Assembly: GCF_006345805.1 (NCBI RefSeq)
Contig: NC_043016.1
Span: 18,910,001-18,974,000, forward strand
DNA: 64,000 nt
Direction: 5' to 3'
DNA from: Octopus sinensis
Taxonomy: Eukaryota
The notes beneath the pieces are model-generated. The model did no database searches. It was not told the DNA's origin and worked only from the letters and a program-made list of their open reading frames with translations. How positions within the stretch are numbered: the first letter of the stretch is position 1; every line of letters begins with the position of its first letter. Positions 12,837 through 24,489 of the stretch are shown one piece after another. Made by a program: the position numbers and the translations under genes.

Positions 12837-14736
12837 ATGTCGAGAAATGTTATTGTAGAACGCTGGTCGCATTCCTTTATGGACCAGCATTTTCCTAGTG
12901 TGGAAACGCTTGGAGAAAAAAAGAACTTATGCACGCAAAGTGCAAACCTGAATGACGTGGTAGTGAACGCTGCAACCACTTGCGGTAACAGCCCTGTCAC
13001 CACCACCACTAACAACAACAACAACGAGACTACTACTGCTACCACCACCTCCACCACCACCACGACCAACATAAATGATAAAAATGAAACTCGCGCGAAT
13101 ACTATTAACAAAAACAACAACAACAAGAAGAACAACAATAAAAATGAAATAAATATCTTACTATCTAATAGTGAAGATGTTAATATAAAAGAATCAACAA
13201 CACCAGTAAATTTCGCTGACACTCTGCGTCAGAAAAAAGAAATAGTAAAATTTACGAATGAAGAGTTAATAGAAACGAGAGCACTCTTTACAACACAAGG
13301 GCAGGATTTAGTGCTGCATACACCTCAACACATAAAGAAACAAATAGAAAATAAGACAATTATATATAAAATTATAAGAAAAAACAAAATGAACAGATTA
13401 CAAAAACGGACATAGAAAAGTGTTTAAAAAGCATAACGAAAAAAAAGAATATATAAACTGGGGTCCCCAGTTTAATACAGTGGTGGTCCGCTTCCCTAAC
13501 CAGGAAGTGATAAAAAACCACTCTACGGAGTCTTTGCAAAATGATGAAATCATCATGTTACCATATTACAAAGGCCAGAGAGTGAGTAAAATTAGCATTA
13601 AAAATGTACCCCCCGAGACACCAAACAAATGGATAACAGGGGCAATCTGTTACCATTTGAAAAAGATAAATATATTAGAAAACGCCGTGTACAAAAACGA
13701 CAATTGGGGTGGTAAAACAATAGTAGTGACCATCCAGATTGAGGGGTCCTCTATCGAGAACCTACCTGATAGGATCCATTTAGAAAATGAGCAAATAGAA
13801 AATGAGCAAAGCCTATATGTTGTAGCAGAAGGCAAAAAGCCTAGATGCTACAACTGTGGCAGCCCAGAACATTTAATTGCCAAGTGCGCTCTGACACAGA
13901 AAAAAACGAGAAAGAACAACTCAGAAAACAAATAAAAAACCCTTGTTGCCAACACCAACACCAACACCAACACCAACACCAACACACTCAATTATGGAAC
14001 AATGCCAAGAAAAACAACAAACCAGCAAACAAACCCCAACAACATCACCAAGAAAAGAAACAGTACCAACATAATCACCGTTGACGTCGCAACCAATTCA
14101 ACATACTGAACCAAAATATAGACCAACACCAACACCGAGGACGACAATTAAAAAGACAGAAAACAGTGACGAGAAAACAAATTCTACCCCTAACACCACA
14201 ACAACGCAAACACCGCACAAACATGAACAATTTCTACAAGCATACATATTAAAGCAAATGCTTTGCCTTTACCCCTTTCTGATTCGTCGGACGACGAAAG
14301 TTCGACGGAATGGCAAATAGCCACAGGGGGTAAAAGGGAAAGATCAAAAAGCCCCACCAAACAAGGAAGTAAAGCAAGGAGATATTTAACTCCGGACAGC
14401 ATCCCCCTAGACAATAAAAAAATCAATGAACCCGCAAGACCACACAGACAACTAACTGCAATAGACACAGACAATAAAAAATTAATGGATTACATTGCAT
14501 CCAACACGGACATCTGTGAAGATGACTTTAAGACAAACAATCATCCACGCACCACACCATCGAAACACATAAGAATTGTACACATAACACAAACACAACA
14601 CTATACACTGAAAACAATATTTCCAAATGCGGTAAGCGGGTTTCAACGATACCTCTCCAAAAAACTATACAAACACTTCGTCAAAGACACTACAAAAGAA
14701 GAAGAAAAAAATGAAACTTTCGAAATGAGTAAGTGA
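12837..14736 (+). pseudogene. Tx1 ORF1 (gag-like nucleic-acid-binding protein), disrupted
   Basis: Track ORFs 12837-13415, 13420-13935 and 14263-14736; zinc knuckle CYNCGSPEHLIAKC (CX2CX4HX4C) at 13846-13887; low-complexity N/T/Q/K-rich flanks; stops and frameshifts between segments. Confidence 0.75.
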
Positions 14737-14802
14737 CCTTCCCTTTTGCCTCTTGTCTCTTCCAATGTAGTGTGTGAAACACAATTTTCGTAAACGTCAA
14801 TT

Positions 14803-17800
14803 ATGCTTAAATTAGGTTGTGTGAATGCGCGTGACTTGGCGTCGGCTTGGAAGCAAGGTTACCTTCTAAACGACATCAAGTCACTGAACCTGGATATAGT
14901 AGCTATCAGTGAAACCAGACTCAGCAAGCTGCGGGCCCTCGCGTCCATGTTTGGCGATCAGTTTGACATTTATTTTTCTCCCTGTCTGCCGAACATGGGT
15001 GGTGAAGGTACCGCGGTGCTTTTTCGAAAGAGTCTAAATGTAAAAGTAAGAACAATATTCCTAGACCCGGAGGGTAGGCTCGTTGTCTTGGACGTGGATG
15101 GCAGAAATGGGTGTGCATTCCGTCTGATGGCAGTTTATGCACCGTCCTTAACGGGTCGGGCGGATTTCTTCAGACGTCTAGAGGTTTTCCTGGGTACGTC
15201 TAGACCTTTACTGTTAGTAGGGGATTGGAACGCTACCTTGGACACGCATCTAGATTATGTGGGAATGGATAGGAATAGAATGGGATGTAAGTGCCTCAAA
15301 GACCTACTCGGACGTTTCCATTTGTCTGACAGGTTCCGACTCGACCATCCGAATGTGCCAACGTCAACTTGGACAAACCGCGTTGGATCGTCGAGATCTT
15401 ATCTAGATAGAATTCTATGCAGGACAGCGGATAGGGATAGTGTAGGATGTCCACAATTTAAAATAGTTAGCTACACAGATCACAAATTTGTAACGTGTAC
15501 GCTCGACTTAGATAAGACACATAGACAGGGTCCCGGTTACTGGAAACTGAACACGTCGCTCTTAGCGCAACAGGTTAACAGGAACCGGATTAGCGAGTTA
15601 ATTAAGAGGGCGCTGACGGGAGCCGTCGTTAACAACCGCTGGTGGTTCGCCCTGAAAATGGCAATAAAATCGGAATCAATTAGGTTTAGCAAGGAATTAG
15701 CGATAGATCGAAACAGAGTAGAGAGAGACCTAGTTAAGAAACTAGAAGAGGCATTTACCACTGGCAGCGCAACCAACGTGCTGGCTACGAGGATGGCCCT
15801 CGACCAACACCTCAACGCCAAGCACGAAGGTTGCGTCGTCAGAGCTAAAATGCGTGCCTTAAGGAACGAAGGGATCGAAGCTGCGCGAGAGGCCCGGGTA
15901 GCGGAGGCGCAGCGTGGCAACGGAGCCACCATTCGGTCTCTAATACATCAACAGGGATGCAGTTTACTCGAACCCGAAAGGATGTGTGAGGCCTTTCAAC
16001 AGCACTTTGCTCGACTGTTTGGTGCGAGTGGTGGGTCGGAACGCGGGATGGATTTCAGTGCCTACCTGACCGACCTGCGGCGGCTCTCGGCAAGAGAAGC
16101 GGAGTGTTGTGAAAGTCCCATCACAGCCGCTGACGTGCGGGATGCGATGGCGGGCTGCGCGAGGGATAAGTCGCCTGGATTGAATGGTTTACCCTATGAG
16201 CTGTATTGTCAAATGCCAGACTTGTTTGGCGACCTCTTGGCCTCAGTCTACTGCAACTGGCAACAAAACGGGAGAATCCCCGGTTTCGTGAGCCGAGGTG
16301 CAGTGACGTTGCTGAAGAAAGACCCAAACAAGGGGAATTTTATAGATAATTTCAGGCCCATCACTCTGCTCAACGCAGATTTAAATATTTTGGCCAAAGT
16401 AATAGGTTGGCGCTTGTCATTGATAAACTGGTCGACAGGGCGCAAACATGCGCCGTGCCGGGCAGAACCATACATGACAACCTCCATCTGATGCGCTACA
16501 TTGTGGACAGGGTAGTTAAGGATCCTGGCATGAGTGGGGCGCTGATCAATTTGGATCAATCTAAAGCCTTAGATAGGGTCGACCATCGGTACTTGGCGGC
16601 CGTCCTCAGGGCGGCTGGCTTCAGTCCCGCCTTCCGCGGTTGGGTCGCTGCCTTGTATAGCGGCATCCGATCGGTGATTCGGGTGAACGATCACCTGTCG
16701 AAACCGTTTGACATCACGCGTTCGGTGCGTCAGGTGTGTCCCCTGTCGGCGCTTCTGTATGTATTGACTCTCGAGCCGCTACTGCGAAAGCTGGCGACAC
16801 TGAGGGGCATCCCATGGGAACTGGGTTGCGGGACGAGCGTGTCGGTATATGCGGACGATATCACTGTTATAGTGTCGAGCGACAAACACATCCAGATGAT
16901 AGGCGAGACACTAAGAAAATACAAAACGGTGATGGGAGCGAAGATTAACCCGGAAAAGTCAGTGGGTTTGCTACTCGGCACCTGGAGAAGCAAACCCATG
17001 CCGTCCGACTGCGGCTCAGTGGTGGGACGCTGGACGGAGGGACCGGTTAAATTGCTCGGGGTCTGGTTCAGTCCGGACCTCCAAGTGGAGAAGAACTGGG
17101 ACGAGATCACGAGTAGAGTGGTCGCTCTCAGCCAAACATGGGCCGAGAGAAAGCTGTCTCTAAAAGGCCGGGCGGAGGTGGCGAACGCGTACATTGCATC
17201 CGCCATTGATTACCGCCTGACCGTCGTGCCTTGTCCCGACGCCACCATCACCAAACTAGAACGCATACTGTGGAAGGGTGGCGTTCCGATGGTGAGGAAG
17301 TCCATTTGCTGTCAACATCCGTTGAATGGAGGACTGGGCATGCCGTGGTTGATGATGCGCAGACATGCGCTGAGACTGCGACATCTCTGGAACTTCATCG
17401 ACGACGGTGAACAGGTGTGGGCGCCGTTTGTGAGGCGCGCCTTCCCGCAGCTCGTCTCACTGACCGAACTGCAAACGTGGATCAAGAAGAGACCGAAACT
17501 GGGCGATTGGCACCGAGAGTGTCGCCAAGCTCTACAGCAGCTCTGCCGACCGGGGTCAAACTTGTGCAACTTTCAAACGACTAAAGCGTTCTATAGAGGA
17601 CTAGTGGAGGGGAGGTACGACGACACACTCGGGGCAAACCTGAGCGTCGACGAGAAATTCCTAACCCGCCTGTTCAGGACGACGTTCGGGCCGGGGCCTA
17701 TGGACAACTTCCAGAAATCCCTGGCTTGGCAGTGCTATCGAGACGCACTACCTGTTCGAGAGAAGAGCTACAGGCACGGTTCGAAAACCATCACCGGACC

Positions 17801-18224
17801 GACCTGCCCGAGATGCGGTCAGAGCGACGAAACCGTTCTGCACGCACTCGTGCAGTGTCCAGATATTTCAGAGCTGTGGACCTTCGTCGAACAGCTGTTG
17901 TCACGTGTAGGTCGGGCCCGCCTATCGGCCGAGTCTATCATTACTATTGTTCCACCACCTTCCTTTAAACGGGAAAAGAAAACGGTTTTCGTTACGGTGA
18001 TGGCTATGGCGAAAGAATGTGTGTGGTGGACGCGTTTGAAAGGACTGCAAACAAACACCTTCCTCTCTGGTCAGTCTCTCGTCAACTTTTTCAAGTACCA
18101 CTTGAAAAGGAGGATGAGAATAGAGAGGAAGGCTTTGTCGAACGAATGTTTTAATAAAAAGTGGGTAAAAGTGGCAAAAATGGTCAGTATGAAAGACGAC
18201 ACTATTTTAAGCATAAATCCGTAA
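14803..18224 (+). pseudogene. Tx1 ORF2: APE endonuclease + reverse transcriptase + C-terminal zinc motif; one frameshift near 16400
   Basis: APE motifs CVNARDL, AISET, VGDWNA, SYLDRIL, TDHK; RT motifs KSPGLNG, FRPITLLNAD, LDQSKALDRVDH, SVRQVCPLS, YADD; CPRCGQSDETVLHALVQC; split over ORFs 14803-16491 and 16407-18224. Confidence 0.93.
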
Positions 18225-18520
18225 CCAAAAGAGACAACGAGAAGTAAGGCGACTTACTCATGCGTTCATTTTCGAACTGTCTGAGGTGACCTTGGTCTTT
18301 TTTGTAAGTTTTTCTTTCCAAGATTACACCTAAACTGTGAACCTTATATATATATATATATATATTGCTTTTTTATACACCACACAACCCACAGATCCCT
18401 ATTGATCAAAGGTTTTCTTTTTTCTGTGCCCCACCCATCCCACCTCGAAAAGAAAAAATTCTACATTGTATTTCGTCCATTTTTATTCTGTGTTTAGCCC
18501 TGTGTGGCTACAATAAAAAG

Positions 18521-18521
<1 letters not shown>

Positions 18522-18594
<73 letters not shown>

Positions 18595-18597
18595 GTA

Positions 18598-18662
<65 letters not shown>
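18522..18662. repeat. (TATC)n microsatellite between the two Tx1 copies
   Basis: Direct reading. Confidence 0.95.
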
Positions 18663-18663
<1 letters not shown>

Positions 18664-20543
18664 GACCTTTCGACATCGCACGTTCGGTCCGTCAAGGATG
18701 CCCCCTCTCGTCGCTTCTATACGTGTTGACTCTCGAGCCATTATTGCGGAAGCTGGCAACTTTGAGGGGCATCCCGTGAGAACTGGGATGCTGGACGAGC
18801 GTGTCTGCATACGCGGACGACGTCACCGTCATACTGTCTAGCCACGAGCACATCGGCCAGGTCGGCGAGACACTGAAAAACTACGATGCGGTGACAGGAG
18901 TGAAAATCAACCGGGAAAAGTCAGTGGGCTTGCGACTAGGCACCTGGAGAAGCAAGCACATGCAGTCCATCAGCGCCTCCGTCGTGGGACGCTGGACCGA
19001 CGGCCCGGTCGAGTTGCTCGGGGTCTGGTTCGGTCCGGACCTCCAAGTGGAGAAGAACTGGAACGAGATAACGAGTAGGGTGGTCACTCTCGCCCGGCAA
19101 TGGGCCGAGAGGAAACTGTCCCTAACAGGTCGGGCGGAGGTGGCGAACACGTACATCGTGTCCGTCGTCTACTACCGCCTGACCGTCGTGCCTTGTCCCG
19201 ACCCTACCATCACCAAACTAGAACGCATTCTCTTTCGCTTCTTGTGGAAAGGATGCGTCCCGATGGTCAGGCGATCCATTTGCTGTCAACACCCGTTAGA
19301 AGGAGGACTAGGCATGCCGTGGTTGATGATGCGCAGACACGCGCTGAGACTGCGACATCTCAGGCTCTTCGAAGACGACGGTGAACAGGTGTGGTCACCG
19401 TTTGTGAGGCGCGCCTTCCCGCAGCTCGTCTCCATGACCGAACTGCAGTCGTGGATCAAAAAGAAGCCGAGGAAGGGCGAATGGCACCGCGAGTGTCGCG
19501 TTGCTCTCAAGCAACTCTGCCGTTCCGGGTCGACCTTGAGTGACTTCATCACAACCAAAGCATTCTATAGGGGATTAGTGGAGGGCATGTACGACGACGA
19601 GCTCGGGGCGAACCTGGACGTCGACGAGGAGTACCTGACCCACCTGTTCGGGACGACTTTCGGAGATCCCTGGCCTGGCAGTGCTACCGAGAAGCGCTAC
19701 CCGCTCGGGAAGCTCTACAGACACGGCTCGAGAAACACGAGGTCGACCTGCCCGAGATGCGGTCAGAGCGACAAAACCTTCTGCACGCACTCGTGCAGTG
19801 TCCAACAATTCCGACCTGTGGGCTTATGTCGAACAACTGCTGTCACGTGTGGGACGAGTCGGTTATCAGCTGAGTCTATCGTCAATATTGTCACGCCTCC
19901 TTCCTTCAAACGGGAAGGAAGAGCTATTTTCATCATCCTTGTGGCTATGGCGAAAGAATGTATCTGGTGGACGCGTCTAAAAGGATTGGAGACAAACACT
20001 TTCCTCTCTGGTCAATCTCTCATCAACTTCTTCAAGTACCACTTGAAAAGGAAAGTGAGAGTAGAGAGGCAAGTTTTGTCTAGCGAATGTTTTCAAAAAC
20101 GATGGGTGAATGTAGCAAGGATGGCACGTGTGAATGACGAAGCCACCTTGAGCAAAATCCTATGAACCCAGAAATTGAAAACAGAGGGTTACCCACTTGC
20201 AAACAAATGTGGTAACATATAACAATATTGACCAAGGTTACCGTGGTCTTTTTCGTAGGCTTTTCTTCCCACGGATAAACCTTACTTGCTTTCCCCTTTA
20301 CACCATACATTATAACACTGTGATACACGATCCCTATTGATAGTTTTTTTCCTCTTCCCCTTTTTTCCCCTTTTTTCTTCTTTTTTTCATTTCTCTTTTC
20401 TTTTGTTTTTTGTTCTTTTTTTCCCTTTTACGATCGAAAACCTACGCCACCTTTTTTTTTGTTTTTTTCATCCCCCAAAAGAAAAGCCCTACCTTGTAAC
20501 TTGTTCCATCTGTGTGCAGCCCTGTGTGGCCAATAAAGAAACT
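18663..20543 (+). mobile_element. Tx1-clade LINE copy 2, 5'-truncated within RT, distinct subfamily
   Basis: Starts at [16 protein letters not shown] immediately after (TATC)n; ORF 18801-20165 (YADD onward) parallels copy 1 with many substitutions; ends ccctgtgtggccaataaagaaac into tatctatct. Confidence 0.92.
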
Positions 20544-20565
20544 TATCTATCTGTATGTGTATCTA

Positions 20566-20629
<64 letters not shown>

Positions 20630-20631
<2 letters not shown>

Positions 20632-20922
20632 ACGTGATCACGTGACAACCAGACCATCAGATATTGCTACACATCGCTGGTCACAATGCGTTCGCATTGT
20701 TTTAGCCATCGAATGACGCCGCCCCGCTGGCTAAGCGAGCAGGCCAACAGAAGAAAGAGTGAGAGAAAGAGTACAGCAGGGATCACCACCCCCTGCCGGA
20801 GCCTCGTGGAGCTTTTAGGTGTTTTCGCTCAATAAACACACACAACGCCCGGTCTGGAAATCGAAACCGCGATCCTACGACCGCGAGTCCGCTGCCTAAC
20901 CACTAGGCCATTGCGCCTCCAC
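20630..20922 (-). mobile_element. tRNA-derived SINE family C, flanked by (TA)n
   Basis: Minus strand ggcgcaatggcctagtggttaggcagcggactcgcggtcg…gtttcgatttcc (A- and B-box-like), unique body, 3' end tcacgtgatcacgtga. Confidence 0.8.
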
Positions 20923-20969
<47 letters not shown>

Positions 20970-20978
20970 GTCTGCTTG

Positions 20979-21010
<32 letters not shown>

Positions 21011-21157
21011 CCTCTCTCTCCCTCTCTCTCCCTCTCTCTCTCCCTCTCCCTCTCTCTCCATCTATCTTTTTCTCTCTCTATTTTTATTTCTTTCTTCCTC
21101 TTTCTCTTCCTCCCCCTCTCTCTCTATCTCTATTTCTCTCCTTATATATATATATAT

Positions 21158-21280
21158 ATGGTCCCGAACCACATAGTTCCGGATTCATTTGGATTCTACT
21201 ATAGACTTGGCTCGACCAAATCATTGTGAGTAAATTTGGTAAGCGGAAACTGAATAAAGATCATCGTCGTGTGTGTGTGT

Positions 21281-21322
<42 letters not shown>

Positions 21323-21560
21323 TATGTATGTATGCATGATTATATTTGTCTCAGTGTTTGTGTTCTTCACCATTTCTTAAAAACTAGAGTTGGTTTGTTT
21401 ACGTTCCCTCATGAGGTTTGGCAAAGGAGGTCAATAGAATAAGCAAGCAGAAGGCTTTAAAAATAGTAGTGAGGTCCGGGTAGTTCGACTAAACCCTTCT
21501 AGGCGGTGCTCCAGTGTCACCGCAGTTCAATGACTGAAACATGCAAAACATAAAAGATAA
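21158..21560 (+). mobile_element. SINE family B, degenerate copy with internal (GT)n
   Basis: aaccacatagttccggattc…ttgtgagtaaatttggtaagcggaaactga + (GT)n + second half ending gactgaaacatgcaaaacataaaaga; parallels 42490-42892. Confidence 0.65.
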
Positions 21561-21996
21561 AAAAAACACATGCATACATACTTGCATTCATACCCCCACA
21601 CACACACATATACACACAATTGATGTACTAAGGAGCAGATTTTGGCGAGCGAAACTGAACTAGTGGATCAAGTAAGATAAACTTTTTAGACGTCAATGCG
21701 AGGTTTAAATAAATATAATGGACAAATACAAATAAATAAATAGTTCTGCCCAATTTTTTTTTTCGTGTATAGGAAAAAAATTGTAACTGACCTGGTCAGT
21801 TTCCTCCAATTCAGTCACATTCGCCATTGTCTTTTGACCGATAAATAAATAACTGTAAGTATAATCAATATAAATAAGGATTTTGATGAATCGACAAACC
21901 TGATTTCCATAAATTGCATTTGTGCTAGTAGCAAAGTCAATTAACTAACATTCGTTGCACTAAGACGAGGATTTTCGTAATGTAAACGTTCAGTAT

Positions 21997-22888
21997 GATA
22001 AACTTAGATAAACTTAGATATGTTTCGACCAAAGATTGGTCCAGGCCATGTCTAACTTAATAGCACCACCTGATAGGATTATTTGAATCCTGTTTAAGTC
22101 AAGTTTTGTTTATGGTCCATTCAAGTAGTGAGTTGTATCCAATTATGGGTGGCTTATCTGGTATTCCTTGAAGGAATCTATCCAGACTCCGTTTAAAGTT
22201 GATGGGATCCTTTTCCTCTTTGATCACTTTCGGGACAATATTAAATATTCCTGTTGAGGAAAAGAAATTATGTTGCAGTGTACATGTATGCTGTGATTTT
22301 GAATTGGGCAGGGGACGTATGGCCCGTGGTCCCAGTCTTGGATGAACCTTGAAGCTAATGTTCAGGTCGTTTGGGCAAAGTTGGCGGTATATTCTCCACA
22401 TCGTACAAATGATGTACCGCTCACGGCGACGCTGGAGAGAGTAGAGTTTCAAGGCTTTAAGGCGATCCCAATAATCGAGAGCAGCCATGCCTTCAATTCG
22501 TTTAGTGAGTGCCCTCTGGGGTGATTCAATCCTCGAGATATTTTGTCTTGTATAGGGAGACCACAGTGGGCAGCAGTATTCGAGGTGTGGCCGTACAAAG
22601 GAGGAGAAAAGTGGTATGATGACACCTTGTTCTCTGGACCGGAAAGTTCTTAAGATCCAGGAACTCATCCTACGAGCTATATCGAATTCTTGTTGATGTG
22701 TGCACTCCAACTGAGATCGTCATCAACAATTACACCCAGGTCTCTGATATTGTTAGAGGCTGTGAGCGGTTCCCCTGGAGGAAGAGAGTATGGCTGTTTT
22801 AGTGAGGAATTTCTTCCAAAATGCATCAGCTCAAATTTTCCCTCGTTCAGTTGCATTTTATCCCCTTTCAAGACTTGCATTTTCTATC
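21997..22888 (-). mobile_element. CR1-group LINE, 5'-truncated 3' end of ORF2
   Basis: QLNEGKFELMHFG, IRDLGVIVDDDLSWSAH, FVRPHLEYCCPLWSP, LKLYSLQRRRER; 3' tail of tandem tatctaagtt units at ~21997-22020. Confidence 0.85.
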
Positions 22889-22949
22889 TGCAGTATATAT
22901 ATATAAATACACACACACAAACACACACACGCACACACACATACACACA

Positions 22950-22996
<47 letters not shown>

Positions 22997-23077
22997 CACA
23001 CACACTATATATATATATCCACATATATATAAACACATACATACACGCACATATATATACATATATACAATAAATAT

Positions 23078-23195
23078 TCGACGGGCTTCTTTCAGCTTCA
23101 ATCTACCAAATTCACTCACAAAGCTCTGGTTGACGCAAGGCCATAGTCGAAGAAACTTGTGCAAGGTGCCACGCAGTGGGACTGAACCCGAAATT
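23078..23195 (-). mobile_element. SINE family B fragment
   Basis: cgacgggcttctttcagc…ttgtgcaaggtgccacgcagtgggactgaacccg. Confidence 0.75.
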
Positions 23196-23212
23196 ATATA
23201 CATGTGTATATA

Positions 23213-23246
<34 letters not shown>

Positions 23247-23356
23247 AGTCTTACCATGCTTTTGGCGGGGAATCTGAATCACAACTATGTATGCAATCGA
23301 TTGGACCACATGGGTATTTGACGCTTGTGAGGGTCTAATAAATTTTATCGAAGACA

Positions 23357-23433
23357 AATGCCGCTGATGATTTATAGATAATATGTGAGTATAATTGCAT
23401 ATTATATTAATAAAGAAACAATTGTTCGGCATT
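23357..23433 (+). ncRNA. Minimal type-I hammerhead ribozyme motif (HHR-1)
   Basis: Stem I aatgccg/cggcatt (7 bp); CUGAUGA 23364-23370; stem II tttat/ataaa plus aatatg/catatt; GAAA 23415-23418; palindromic stem III ACAATTGT; cleavage triplet GUU. Confidence 0.85.
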
Positions 23434-23639
23434 AATCTACCTGTTCGTTGTATTTCACTTTCCTTACGTTGAAGGTAATGTTATTTCTTGGTGGAAACAA
23501 CTTCGGTGGCTATACCAGAATAAGGAGCGCTTTTTAGCACTAGAGTTAACCACTTAGCGGTAGCGGTAACTCTCTTATATTTATGTATAAATTTGTATTG
23601 TCTCCCTGGTTTTTATGTGCTAAACCACTTGGTGTTAAA

Positions 23640-23661
23640 CAGTCTAAGTTGGAATTTCATT

Positions 23662-23725
<64 letters not shown>

Positions 23726-23757
23726 ATATATAGTCAATGAAATTCCAATTTAGACTG
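23640..23757. repeat. 25-bp inverted repeat (24/25 identical) flanking a (TA)n tract
   Basis: cagtctaagttggaatttcattgac 23640-23664; (TA)n 23665-23732; gtcaatgaaattccaatttagactg 23733-23757. Confidence 0.93.
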
Positions 23758-23796
23758 ATTTTCACGTTTTAATATTTACAATTTTACAATATTGAA

Positions 23797-23839
23797 ATAA
23801 ACTAGTACTTTCATGCGTTTACGCAATCATCAGGTTTAT
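23797..23839 (-). ncRNA. Minimal type-I hammerhead ribozyme motif (HHR-2)
   Basis: Minus strand ataaac-CUGAUGA-t tgcg taaa cgca t-GAAA-gtac-UA-gtttat: 6-bp stem I, 4-bp stem II, palindromic stem III AGTACT, CUA triplet. Confidence 0.85.
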
Positions 23840-24489
23840 GTAGTGACAGTCGTGTTCCACAATTGACAATTATAGCGAAATGGTTGGATTTATCCTATAA
23901 ATACCGTCCGATAGGCTCCAGCAAGTTGAAACTTACGGACTGTATTTTGATCAATCAGCATGCGGCTTAGATGTCGCGGTTTGCTGACCGCCTCAACTAA
24001 GTTCAAACTGTATTTCTACGAATTAGTAAGTGGCTTAGACATCACGGATTCGTGGGTACGTCAAGGATTCTTTACTTTGATTGCACCTAAAGGAATAATT
24101 GTTTGGCTATATCCTTGCTTTCATTGAATTCTATTCTGTTGTGTCTGAGGAGAGTCATTTTCTTTTTGTGCCTTATAATGTAACACAGTCACCGGTAAAA
24201 TTTCCACTTGTTTTTATTTTTCCTAAAATTTTCGTTGCGTCTTGCAAACTTTTCAATAGTCTTGATTCTCTATGTTACTCCAGAAACTTTTACATTTCAA
24301 TTGAGCCAATGTTCATTTGACCAACATTACTACCCCCCCCATCACTTTTATTATTTTTGTTTTTGGTGTTACTAATGGCGGTAGTCGCAGTAATAATACC
24401 TGTAGTATTTATTATTATTATTATCACCACTATCGTCATTATAATTACCACTGTTACTCCGACTGTCACTATAGTTATCACTGTTACCA

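Larger units (their letters stand above)
12638..18521 (+). mobile_element. Tx1-clade (L1 superfamily) non-LTR retrotransposon, near full length (~5.9 kb), copy 1
   Basis: 5' UTR, ORF1 with CCHC knuckle, ORF2 with APE+RT+C-terminal Cys/His motif, 3' UTR ending aataaaaag directly into (TATC)n. Confidence 0.92.

Noticed and set aside
20850-20922. tRNA-like sequences here and at 35290-35362, 54048-54135 and 55700-55772
   Set aside because: They are SINE or PLE heads continuing into repeat bodies, and no complete cloverleaf was evident by eye; not annotated as tRNA genes.
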